Notes: generated by a model not told the origin, from the letters alone. Positions 7,683 through 16,153 are shown, numbered from the stretch's first letter. The stretch: DNA of 20,000 nt from an uncultured virus (IMG/VR IMGVR_UViG_3300042886_000689) (IMGVR_UViG_3300042886_000689); one strand, 5' to 3'. Translations and numbers: made by a program.

Positions 7683-8351
7683 ATGGACGCTAAGTCACAA
7701 TTAATCCAAGATATTCTTGGAATTCAAGATGGAATCTCAAAAGTAAGAGCGCGTGAACGTCAAGTTCAGAAGCTCGAAAATTCTAATCCGTTAATGTATT
7801 CACAACCTGCTGTGAAAACAAATTCATTAGAAGATCATCTCGCTGGAATTCTTCCACCAGAACTAATCCCTTCAAACGTAGGGGATATTAATCAAGTTCA
7901 GTGGGGATTCTTTTACGAAGTTGATTTTGACTTTGGTACAGACCCAACTTTTGATGCCAATACGGCACAAAGAAAAAGCTTTAAAGTTTCTTCGGAAGCG
8001 GCTTTTTTAATCACTCGAATTTATCGCGATCAAGATGACACTGGTGTGGCTGGCTACGAGGCCCCACTTACTCTTACTCTTCGCGACCTTCAATCTAGTC
8101 GTCAATTTATGGATAAAGGTATTCCGCTTCAATCTATCCCTTCTAAAGGATATTTTTACGAGCTACCTGTTCCATTTCTTTTATATCCTGCCGCAAGTGC
8201 TGAACTTGAACTTAAATGTTGGCTTCCGAATGGAATCAACTTAGAGACAGAAGGCTCAAGCAAACAAAGCTTTACTCTTTACGGGGCAAAAGTTCGTGTT
8301 CAAAGCCCTGATGCTATTTTCAAGGCAATGTTTCAAAAGCATAACGGTTAA
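7683..8351 (+). CDS. Beta-rich virion protein, putative single-jelly-roll minor capsid protein; paralogue of 8361-9008
   Basis: ATG 7683 after AAGGGA is preferred over the TTG at 7641; shares INxVxWxFF, SFxVxxEAAF, LxDxxSSRxFM and GxxxRxQ motifs with the next gene. Confidence 0.7.
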   Translation: MDAKSQLIQDILGIQDGISKVRARERQVQKLENSNPLMYSQPAVKTNSLEDHLAGILPPELIPSNVGDINQVQWGFFYEVDFDFGTDPTFDANTAQRKSFKVSSEAAFLITRIYRDQDDTGVAGYEAPLTLTLRDLQSSRQFMDKGIPLQSIPSKGYFYELPVPFLLYPAASAELELKCWLPNGINLETEGSSKQSFTLYGAKVRVQSPDAIFKAMFQKHNG

Positions 8352-8360
8352 GGAGTATTT

Positions 8361-9008
8361 ATGAGTAACGGAATTAATTTAAAAGATATGTCTCTTGAGC
8401 AACTTGCAAAAGTCAAAAGAGATATGATGATCAAGCAAGCCCAACTAAAAGCAGCCGTTGATATTCGCGAAAGCGAAGTAAAGGCACCAGTTGGAGCTTC
8501 AAAATATTTTCGCGATCTTGCAAACGGCGATGCCCTTGCAATCAACAACGTAATCTGGCCATTCTTTTTCACAACATCTTCAGACGTTTTACGCGCTGGT
8601 GGTGGACAACAACAAGTTAGCTTTCAAGTAACTCAGGAAGCCGCATTTGTTTGGACTGAAATGGTTAAAGTTGTTTACGCTGTTGATTTCGATGCCCCTG
8701 TTCCAACGATTGAATACATTGACCCAAATGGTGCCGGAAACTCTGATGCCAACGGATTAAGATTTACTCTTTCTGATGGTGACTCCTCAAGATCATTCAT
8801 GAATGATTACGTTCCTCTCGATCAAGTTGGTTCACCTACTCAAGCATTTGTCCCTGATCGCCCAATGTTTTTATTGCCTCTACAATTAATGAATATCAAT
8901 CTTATCAACAATAACCCATCTCGTGATTTTGTTGTTTTCATGATGTTCAAAGGTTATAGACTCCGAATCCAAGGAACGAATGATCTCCAAAACCTTGTAA
9001 CGCGGTAA
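8361..9008 (+). CDS. Beta-rich virion protein, putative single-jelly-roll minor capsid protein; paralogue of 7683-8351
   Basis: TAAGGAG SD; collinear shared motifs with the upstream gene; helical N-terminal arm. Confidence 0.7.
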   Translation: MSNGINLKDMSLEQLAKVKRDMMIKQAQLKAAVDIRESEVKAPVGASKYFRDLANGDALAINNVIWPFFFTTSSDVLRAGGGQQQVSFQVTQEAAFVWTEMVKVVYAVDFDAPVPTIEYIDPNGAGNSDANGLRFTLSDGDSSRSFMNDYVPLDQVGSPTQAFVPDRPMFLLPLQLMNINLINNNPSRDFVVFMMFKGYRLRIQGTNDLQNLVTR

Positions 9009-9018
9009 GGAGTAATGA

Positions 9019-9606
9019 ATGAGCGATTACGGATACAAGAAGAATGACCCTCGAAATCCAGACAGGATTCGTTTTTCTCCACAAGAAATAATTGATGCTT
9101 TTCTTCAAGGTGATTTTGGAAAGGTTTTTAGAGGAGTCGAGAGTAAAATTAACTCTCCCTTTATCAATCTTCCTAAAAATGCTGAGTCAATTGATATAAG
9201 ACGAGTTTCGGATGCAACCGCCGGAACCTTTGAAGAATTATTTTTAAGCTATCAGCCGCCTAAAGGCTTTGAAGCAATCATTACTGGTTATGGTATTTTT
9301 TCAGATGCTCAATTTGCAATCTCTACTGAATTTATTCCAAAGGTAAATGGTTCGCGAGTTTTTCCCTACCATGGACAACCTCGTGACGTAACAAATCCAA
9401 GAATTCTTCCTTATAAAATTTGCTTGGGCCTTGGGCCTGACTTGACCGATGTTTCATTGGTTGAGTGTTCATTAAGATTAAAAGAAACTGATCTTTTGAC
9501 TTGGCAATTGACCAACGCAAGCATTGTTTCTCAGACTATGGGGGTTCGATTTAAAGGATACTTAAGGTCAATTAATGAAGCTCGTGATTATAAAGTAGGG
9601 GGATAA
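9019..9606 (+). CDS. Beta-rich virion protein (possible penton/vertex jelly-roll protein)
   Basis: TAAGGAG SD; LSYQPPKGFEAIITGYG strand-turn-strand; terminal strand GVRFKGYLR resembles FMMFKGYRLR and VASLKGILRR of the neighbours. Confidence 0.6.
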   Translation: MSDYGYKKNDPRNPDRIRFSPQEIIDAFLQGDFGKVFRGVESKINSPFINLPKNAESIDIRRVSDATAGTFEELFLSYQPPKGFEAIITGYGIFSDAQFAISTEFIPKVNGSRVFPYHGQPRDVTNPRILPYKICLGLGPDLTDVSLVECSLRLKETDLLTWQLTNASIVSQTMGVRFKGYLRSINEARDYKVGG

Positions 9607-9607
9607 T

Positions 9608-9931
9608 ATGTCATTTATTGATCTTGCATCATTCCCAAATTCACGAATCAAACCTCGTCCGGCCACAAGAATATGCTCAATTGATGAGATGAATATTCCG
9701 GCAAATACACCAACTTTAGTTCGTGGTGTATTGGACGAGAGAACTTATTTAACAATTTATAATCAATCTACAACGGCTCCCCTTCGTTATCTTCGCGGAA
9801 CAAACGTAAATATTTCCACCGAAGGATTTTATTTAAGTGCTGATCGCGCCGTTGATTTAGAAGGCCCACAAGATTTGTGGGTTTGGAGTCCATCAAACAT
9901 TATCGTGAGCATTGATGAGGGGATAGGTTAA
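9608..9931 (+). CDS. Small beta-sandwich virion protein (107 aa)
   Basis: Starts 1 nt after the previous stop; RTYLTIYNQS...LRY...GFYL...LWVW strand pattern. Confidence 0.7.
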   Translation: MSFIDLASFPNSRIKPRPATRICSIDEMNIPANTPTLVRGVLDERTYLTIYNQSTTAPLRYLRGTNVNISTEGFYLSADRAVDLEGPQDLWVWSPSNIIVSIDEGIG

Positions 9932-9934
9932 TAT

Positions 9935-10225
9935 ATGCCATCTCCTCGGATATATTTTGGAACCTCAACCGTATCTCCTGTCTCTGATAACATTGTTATC
10001 GAGAGTCATACGCTTAGTGGTGCCGAAGTATTGGCAAAACAATTTGATCTCGCCTTCGCTCCTGTAGACTCCCTTAATATTGTCGGATGGGTTGATGGAG
10101 GAAGTACATTTCTCTCAACCGTTGACTTTACCATAACTGGCACTCTAGTCGATTGGACGATAAGTTCTTACGCTTCATTGTTTGTCGCTGGAAATATAAT
10201 TCAATTCATTTATAAGAAAGCATAA
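9935..10225 (+). CDS. Small beta-rich virion protein similar to the C-terminal domain of the downstream fibre
   Basis: TVDFTITGTLV...GNIIQFIY resembles GTDYTVSGTTL...GDFVALQY at the end of the 842-aa protein. Confidence 0.7.
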   Translation: MPSPRIYFGTSTVSPVSDNIVIESHTLSGAEVLAKQFDLAFAPVDSLNIVGWVDGGSTFLSTVDFTITGTLVDWTISSYASLFVAGNIIQFIYKKA

Positions 10226-10237
10226 CAAGGAAGTTCT

Positions 10238-12766
10238 ATGAGTTTAATTAATGGTAAATTTATCCTCGGAAGTACGGTCACAGGCTCGGCTATTCGTCTA
10301 GACAATGATCAATTTCTACGCGCAAGAAACGCTGCTGATACTGGTGACATTAACATTTTAAAAGTAAATGCAAGCGATGAGATTGAATTTTCTCAAATTC
10401 CAATAGTTACTGGCCTTGGTGCTCTTGCTCTTGATTCTGATGTTGCCGCACTTCAAGGCGATGTTTCTACTCTTCAATCACTTCAAGCTGACTATTTACT
10501 CCTCGACGGAACAAGGGCCATGACTGGTTCCTTGAACATGGGTACTCATACAATTACAGACGTAGTTGATCCGGTTGATCCGCAAGATGCAGCAACTAAA
10601 TCATGGGTTGAGGCGCAGATTTCTGCTGGTGATCCTAATAAGGCAAATACTAATCTCGATAACTTAGTTGCAAGTGCTGATGCTACTTTTGGATATAAGC
10701 TTTACTCGAACGTCACGTTCGATAAAGGGGCAGGGGTAGCAGTAAGTATTTTCGGAAAAGAAAATATTGCTGGTCAAGCGTCTGGTAGCATGAGTGTCAA
10801 CTCAGGAAATATTACTGGTGGTTCCGCATTAACTTCAGGATTTAATCTTATTTCATCTGGTGCCGTAACTGGTTCTGGGAACGGAACTTCTGGTGCTGTT
10901 CAATTAAGTTCCGGTAATACAATTACAGGCAACTCGGGCCAAGCTGGTTTGTTTTCAGGTGTTTCTTCTAATGGTGGAAATACTGGCCCTGCCACTGTTC
11001 AATCTGGGGCTGTAACTTCTGGCCTGTCTGGTAATGCCACGATGAGTTCTGGTAATGCTTCAACAACTGGTTCGTCTGGAAGTCTATTTATTAGAAGTGG
11101 AACAGTTTTAAATGGAACTTCTGGTAACGCTCAAATGTTTTCAGGAAGTGCTACAACAGGTACGTCTGGAAATGTTGCTGCCCAGTCAGGTTCAGCGACT
11201 ATAGGCAGTACAGGCCCTAGCTTTATGGGGTCGGGAAGTATCACGGGTATAAGCTCAACTGGTACTTCGGGAAGCGCAAATCTATATACAGGAAGCTTAG
11301 TAGGAATAAATTCAACTGGTGAAACAGGCCCAATCGAAATAACTGTCGGTGATATTCTTGGTGCCGGTGGAGTCGGTAACTCTGGTTATGTTTTACTCCG
11401 CTCAGGTAATACTCTTGCTGGAAATTCTGGCATAGTAACAATTAACTCTGGTGAATCTAGTCTTGGCAACTCTGGTGACATTAATGTTGCTACAGGTATA
11501 TCAACCGTTCTAACGGGTCAAGTTAGAGCGGCTTCTGGTAACGCAACTGGTTCTGGAAATACTGGTGAGGCAATTTTTGAATCAGGCTCATCCGATAGCG
11601 GTACTACAGGTGTGGCCGTTTTAAATTCTGGTGATACTCAAACAGGATTCACTGGTGAAGTTTATGTTCAAACAGGTGAGGCTTTAGCCTCTGGTGGTTC
11701 TTCTGGTGCCATGATTATTCAAACAGGAAATGCCGTTGATACGATAACGGGTGCTCTTTCAATTTTTACAGGCTCATCTATTGATTCTTCTGGTGAAGTC
11801 TTAATCTATTCAGGAAATTCTGTAGATGAAATAACTGGCAACGCATCTCTTTCAAGTGGTGACAGCACAAACGCAGCTTCAGGCGCGGTCATTTTAAAAA
11901 CAGGTTCAGGTGTCGGGTCAGGGGTTGTTCAAATTTTTTCAGGTGAGTCTACGTCAAGTGGTGCTGCATCTGGTGATATTTTTATGTCAACTGGAACTGT
12001 GCCTGTTGATACAAACACTGGTTCAATGTTCTTTGCTACTCTTGCCGTTACAGGAACAGGAGAATCAGGGAAGCATGAATTCACTACTGGTTCTTCGGAA
12101 ACAGGCGCGACAGGATTGTTTAACGTAACTACAGGGTACTCGGAATCTGGTGCCACTGGAACAATTGAACTTTATACAGGTGGAACAAACACTGGCAGTA
12201 CGGGTGGAATATATCTCCTCACTGGAACAACGATAGCCTCTGGGGTGGCCCCTGTAAGTGGTGTAGTACAGATTGGTACAGGTGGTGGCAATGGTGATGG
12301 TGTATCGGGTGCAATCTACATAGTCACTGGTGGAACGCTTGGCACAGGAAATTCGGGCGATGTGTTCATCGGTACTGGTGCCTGTACTGGTACAGGTGTT
12401 AAAGGTATTGTTCACATCGAGACAACTCTCACGATGTTCAACAATTACATTTCAGACGTTCTCGACCCTGCATTGCCTCAAGATGCTGCGACGAAGGCAT
12501 ACGTTGATGCACAGGTAATCGGTGGAGGCTTAACGCCATTTAAGCAATCGTACACTGTTTTAGGCCCTATCCTTGTGAATACTGCCGTTACACTGACTCA
12601 TTCATGTATTGCAGATTCAATGCTTGCCGTAATTACTTCAGGCCCAATTTTGGAAGAAGGAACTGATTATACAGTTTCAGGAACAACACTTACTTTGCTT
12701 GCTGCGTCACCAGTAATCGCTCTCTTGGATTTAGGTGATTTTGTAGCACTTCAATATGCTTATTAA
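10238..12766 (+). CDS. Gly/Ser/Thr-rich repetitive fibre/spike protein (842 aa)
   Basis: AAGGA SD; short N-terminal coiled coil; two DPxxPQDAATKx[WY]V[ED]AQ motifs flanking ~550 aa of [ST]GxhxhxSG repeats; C-terminal GTDYTVSG domain. Confidence 0.8.
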   Translation: MSLINGKFILGSTVTGSAIRLDNDQFLRARNAADTGDINILKVNASDEIEFSQIPIVTGLGALALDSDVAALQGDVSTLQSLQADYLLLDGTRAMTGSLNMGTHTITDVVDPVDPQDAATKSWVEAQISAGDPNKANTNLDNLVASADATFGYKLYSNVTFDKGAGVAVSIFGKENIAGQASGSMSVNSGNITGGSALTSGFNLISSGAVTGSGNGTSGAVQLSSGNTITGNSGQAGLFSGVSSNGGNTGPATVQSGAVTSGLSGNATMSSGNASTTGSSGSLFIRSGTVLNGTSGNAQMFSGSATTGTSGNVAAQSGSATIGSTGPSFMGSGSITGISSTGTSGSANLYTGSLVGINSTGETGPIEITVGDILGAGGVGNSGYVLLRSGNTLAGNSGIVTINSGESSLGNSGDINVATGISTVLTGQVRAASGNATGSGNTGEAIFESGSSDSGTTGVAVLNSGDTQTGFTGEVYVQTGEALASGGSSGAMIIQTGNAVDTITGALSIFTGSSIDSSGEVLIYSGNSVDEITGNASLSSGDSTNAASGAVILKTGSGVGSGVVQIFSGESTSSGAASGDIFMSTGTVPVDTNTGSMFFATLAVTGTGESGKHEFTTGSSETGATGLFNVTTGYSESGATGTIELYTGGTNTGSTGGIYLLTGTTIASGVAPVSGVVQIGTGGGNGDGVSGAIYIVTGGTLGTGNSGDVFIGTGACTGTGVKGIVHIETTLTMFNNYISDVLDPALPQDAATKAYVDAQVIGGGLTPFKQSYTVLGPILVNTAVTLTHSCIADSMLAVITSGPILEEGTDYTVSGTTLTLLAASPVIALLDLGDFVALQYAY
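10770..12420 (+). repeat. Roughly 30-35 degenerate 15-18 aa coding repeats ([ST]G-x-hydrophobic-x-hydrophobic-x-[ST]G)
   Basis: e.g. SGAVQLSSG, SGNATMSSG, SGSLFIRSG, TGEVYVQTG, SGDVFIGTG. Confidence 0.85.
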
Positions 12767-12806
12767 TCGCTAATGGGTTTAGCCATTTCCTATTAGTTGA
12801 TGAAAG

Positions 12807-12837
12807 AGGGGCGACATTATGTTGCCCCTTTTTATTT
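12807..12837 (+). terminator. Rho-independent terminator
   Basis: Stem AGGGGCGACA/TGTTGCCCCT followed by TTTTATTT, ~40 nt after the fibre stop. Confidence 0.85.
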
Positions 12838-12842
12838 GAGCC

Positions 12843-12871
12843 TTGATGGTCGGGATTATGTGAGTTAAAAT
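12843..12871 (+). promoter_or_regulatory. Candidate sigma70-type promoter for the second spike gene
   Basis: TTGATG (12843-12848), 17-nt spacer, TAAAAT (12866-12871), directly after the terminator and upstream of GAGGT SD and ATG 12898. Confidence 0.55.
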
Positions 12872-12897
12872 TTAAGAAGAAACAACTCGAGGTCATT

Positions 12898-14604
12898 ATG
12901 ATATTTAACGGAAAATTTGTAGCCTTCAATTCTTTAACTGCAAGTAGAGCGGTTATGTCAAACGGTTCTGGTAATTTAATTACGGCAAACGGTTTAACTT
13001 CGCAATATCTTCGTGGCGATGGCTCACTTGCCAACTTTCCAAGTTCAGGCGGTGGAGGAAGCTCTGTTAGTTATTATCTCAATGGTGGAACGGCTTCAGA
13101 TATTGCTACTTACTATCAAATGTCGAAAATAGCTGTTGTTGGAACTGGTGCAGACTTTACCGCATCTTCGGGAACCACAGTATTGATTGCACAATTTATG
13201 ACCGATGCTGGCGACCCATCTCTTTTAAATATTCCTGCCGGAAATTGGAATTTTGAGATGTACTTCAGTGCAAGCTCAAGTGGTGGTACGCCTAGCTTTT
13301 ACGTTGAATTATACAAATACGATGGTGTTAGTTCTACCTTGATTTCTTCAAACTCGGCCACGCCAGAAGGGATTACAGGAGGTACAGCTATTGATTTGTA
13401 TTTTACGGCCCTAGCGATTCCATTAACAACTCTAACTTCAACTGACAGGCTAGAGATTCGCGTTTATGTTACAAGAAGTGGAAAAAATATAACCCTTCAC
13501 ACACAAGATTCACATCTTTGTCAAATTATAACCAATTTTTCATCGGGACTCTTATCACTAAATGGTCTAGTTGCTCAGAATCAATTCTTTGCAACTGGCA
13601 CGACTGGCACTGATTTTAATATTAGCTCATCTGGATCAACACACACTTTCAATATTCCTGTTTCATCTGCAACAAACACTGGCCTTCTTAGTTCATCTAA
13701 TTGGACTACGTTTAATAATAAGCTTTCAAAAGGCGTGAAAACGATTTTCTGTATTGATAATGGTGACTATGCAAATGGGCAAGCGGCCATTGATGCTGCT
13801 TCTCAAGGAGATGCAATCGTATTCGGAGCAAAGGCAGGAGGGTGGGGTGATCTTGTTATCCCATCGGGAAAAGGTATCTCTATTCTTGGCCTTCAAGCAG
13901 ATGATTCAAAATATGTTAGAACTGGCTCTATAACTTTTAGTCCAACAACGGGAACGATTGGAGTCAACGAAGTTTATATAAGTAATCTTTATATCACTTC
14001 GGCAACACAAGCGGCTGTTCTTTTTGGCGGTACAGTGGCCGCAAGGCTCAGGGTTTTTAACTGCTACATTGCCCCTACTTCAAATCAGAAAGCAGTTTCT
14101 CTTACGAATACGGTAACTACATCGCCATCGGTTTACTCGTCTGTTTACTTTAATAGCTGTGTTATTGATGCAGGGATTTCAACTTCATCGGTTTTTGAAA
14201 GCAATACTCCATACGTTAGAATAACTCACTCTACAATTGATGGCGGCTCAATGTCCTTGCAGTTAAATGCTGGGACTCTCGAATCAGACAACAATGCCTT
14301 TTCACTTGACCGTCTTGGAGAGATTATCAACATTGCAGGAGGCACCCTTCTTTGTACAAGATCGACAATTGCAAACGCTACGACAAATGGTTCTGGGATA
14401 CTTGTTGGAGCGGCAGGGGTTATCGGAAATGTTAGTAACGCATTTTCCGTAGCAACCGGCACAGGCTACTGCCTTCGCGGAACTGGTATTCACGCTTATG
14501 CTTATATCACTTTTGCAAACTCGGCTTTATTGGCATACAACGTGAAAGTACAAAGCACATTAACGTCTGTTCCATACACAACAGCATTTACCCTTGCACC
14601 ATAA
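12898..14604 (+). CDS. Putative receptor-binding spike/fibre protein with C-terminal beta-helix-like region (568 aa)
   Basis: Fibre-type motifs TASRAVMSNGSGNL, YLRGDG, SLNG and GLLSSSNWTTFNNK; QAAIDAA...GDAIV helix-cap followed by repetitive beta-helix-like strands (ISNLYI, VFNCYI, FNSCVI, ITHSTI). Confidence 0.75.
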   Translation: MIFNGKFVAFNSLTASRAVMSNGSGNLITANGLTSQYLRGDGSLANFPSSGGGGSSVSYYLNGGTASDIATYYQMSKIAVVGTGADFTASSGTTVLIAQFMTDAGDPSLLNIPAGNWNFEMYFSASSSGGTPSFYVELYKYDGVSSTLISSNSATPEGITGGTAIDLYFTALAIPLTTLTSTDRLEIRVYVTRSGKNITLHTQDSHLCQIITNFSSGLLSLNGLVAQNQFFATGTTGTDFNISSSGSTHTFNIPVSSATNTGLLSSSNWTTFNNKLSKGVKTIFCIDNGDYANGQAAIDAASQGDAIVFGAKAGGWGDLVIPSGKGISILGLQADDSKYVRTGSITFSPTTGTIGVNEVYISNLYITSATQAAVLFGGTVAARLRVFNCYIAPTSNQKAVSLTNTVTTSPSVYSSVYFNSCVIDAGISTSSVFESNTPYVRITHSTIDGGSMSLQLNAGTLESDNNAFSLDRLGEIINIAGGTLLCTRSTIANATTNGSGILVGAAGVIGNVSNAFSVATGTGYCLRGTGIHAYAYITFANSALLAYNVKVQSTLTSVPYTTAFTLAP

Positions 14605-14612
14605 GAGATAAT

Positions 14613-14849
14613 ATGATGAAAAAAACAACTCTTTTGGGATTGCTTGCCGTAGGTAGCACACTTGCCTACCTATGGCTCAAGAAGCGAGAAGACAATAACG
14701 ATGGCCTTCAGGGTGTAGACATAACAGTAAACCCTCAAAAGCTTATAGACGGTGCCCTAGCGATGACAAGCATTAATCCGATTGCCAAAGAAGGAATCAG
14801 GAGCTTAACATCTCGGGCATTATCGAAATATTACGAGCATGAAGACTAA
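14613..14849 (+). CDS. Small membrane-anchored protein (78 aa)
   Basis: N-terminal TM LLGLLAVGSTLAYLWL followed by KKR; starts 8 nt after the spike stop. Confidence 0.8.
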   Translation: MMKKTTLLGLLAVGSTLAYLWLKKREDNNDGLQGVDITVNPQKLIDGALAMTSINPIAKEGIRSLTSRALSKYYEHED

Positions 14850-14961
14850 TTCAATTGATGTTTCAAACAACATAACAACTCAAGAAGTCCCTCCGAACTT
14901 ATCTGACATTACCACTCTTCTTATCGTGTTGGTCTTTATTCACAGGATGATATTTCGATGA
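14839..14961 (+). CDS. Putative 40-aa micro-protein with C-terminal hydrophobic segment (not in ORF track)
   Basis: Hand translation MKTNSIDVSNNITTQEVPPNLSDITTLLIVLVFIHRMIFR; overlaps the upstream stop by 11 nt; no clear SD. Confidence 0.45.
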   Translation: MKTNSIDVSNNITTQEVPPNLSDITTLLIVLVFIHRMIFR

Positions 14962-14987
14962 AATCGAAATTGTGTTATCATTTTTAA

Positions 14988-15134
14988 ATGAAAGAAGACA
15001 AATACACATTCACGTTTTTATTCCTTGGTATGGCCGGAGTGGTTTGGCTTGCTTATTATTTAAAGGGCAAGCAATCATTTAGGAGTGGTTCTAGGCCTAG
15101 TGGTGAATCAACCGTCTTTGGAGTTCGAGGGTGA
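14988..15134 (+). CDS. Putative 48-aa single-TM protein (not in ORF track)
   Basis: Hand translation MKEDKYTFTFLFLGMAGVVWLAYYLKGKQSFRSGSRPSGESTVFGVRG; its TGA overlaps the next GTG start (GTGA). Confidence 0.7.
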   Translation: MKEDKYTFTFLFLGMAGVVWLAYYLKGKQSFRSGSRPSGESTVFGVRG

Positions 15135-15523
15135 ACCTGAACGAAATTTGCGTACAGCTATCTCGTGAAGTTATTATCTTTTTAAAAGAATGGTTAAAGA
15201 TTTGTGAAGAACCAGAGTCAATGTTTCACAAATACCGCATGAGACTCTTGGAAATAGCGGCCAACGAAGGTAGCGACATTTCCACCAAACTTCTTGCTGT
15301 TTGCAAAAAGTCAGGAGCTAGAGTACATTTTGAAATAAAAGAAGTAATTAGCGACAAATTAATTGGTGAATCAACCGCAAGTTATATTTTCGCAAAACTA
15401 ATTGAAAGCCTTAATTATGAATACATGGACATTCTTGAAAGAGAGATGGACGTTGTTAAAAATGAAAATGATCGCATGAAAGACAAAATTACAAACATGA
15501 GTATTCGCTTAGGCGTACACTAA
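15131..15523 (+). CDS. Hypothetical protein with C-terminal coiled coil (130 aa)
   Basis: GTG start coupled to the upstream stop, GGAG upstream; heptad-like LEREMDVVKNENDRMKDKI. Confidence 0.75.
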   Translation: MNLNEICVQLSREVIIFLKEWLKICEEPESMFHKYRMRLLEIAANEGSDISTKLLAVCKKSGARVHFEIKEVISDKLIGESTASYIFAKLIESLNYEYMDILEREMDVVKNENDRMKDKITNMSIRLGVH

Positions 15524-15529
15524 GGTTAT

Positions 15530-16150
15530 ATGGCAAAAAAAGTAACTCTCCCAATTGGAAATAAAGCAATTTTTGATTCACTGGCAAAGATCGCCCTCAA
15601 AGTCGAAAAAAAGAGGCCGGACAATGTTCAAGAGTTTATGAAAGAAGTCAGCGACGAACTTGCCGAAGAAGCTTTTCTTTTTAGCTTTACCCCATCAGGA
15701 GAGATTGGCGACAATCCAAGAAATAAAAGCGAGTCAGAAGTATTTCTTAAATCATTTGATAATATCTTTTCAAAAAACTATGGCGTAATTGCTCTGGCCA
15801 TGAAAGGTGAGTCTAGGGCTAAAATAAATAACGCCATCAGAAGAGTTAAGGCCGCATTGGTTGAATTATCAAAAATTTATACAAAAGAAATGCTACCAGT
15901 AAGAGATAGCCGCTCATCAAGTCAGGTTAATACCGAAATTGATAAATATTTAAACCTGTTTATAACCACGCTACTCTTTAACCAAGTTGGAAATGTTTTA
16001 TCAATCGAGCCTTCAGACATTTTAAGAGAGATGAAGAAATTTAAAACTCTTGGAATTAGCGATGCAATGACTGATAAAGAAAAATTAAAGATTTTAAAAA
16101 GCTCTGAAAATAAAAAAAGGTTCATCGACAAAATTAAAAAATTTCAATAA
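15530..16150 (+). CDS. Hypothetical helical protein (206 aa)
   Basis: TAAGG SD; long ORF ending just before a hairpin pair. Confidence 0.8.
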   Translation: MAKKVTLPIGNKAIFDSLAKIALKVEKKRPDNVQEFMKEVSDELAEEAFLFSFTPSGEIGDNPRNKSESEVFLKSFDNIFSKNYGVIALAMKGESRAKINNAIRRVKAALVELSKIYTKEMLPVRDSRSSSQVNTEIDKYLNLFITTLLFNQVGNVLSIEPSDILREMKKFKTLGISDAMTDKEKLKILKSSENKKRFIDKIKKFQ

Positions 16151-16153
16151 ATA

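Noticed and set aside
10770..12420. Collagen-like, ice-nucleation or PE-PGRS assignment for the Gly-rich repeats
   Set aside because: No Gly-X-Y triplet periodicity, no AGYGST octamers and no GGAGG pattern
2355..14493. Numerous short minus-strand and alternative-frame ORFs inside the long + strand genes
   Set aside because: Largely overlapped by longer coherent genes, with no SD noticed and shadow-like composition
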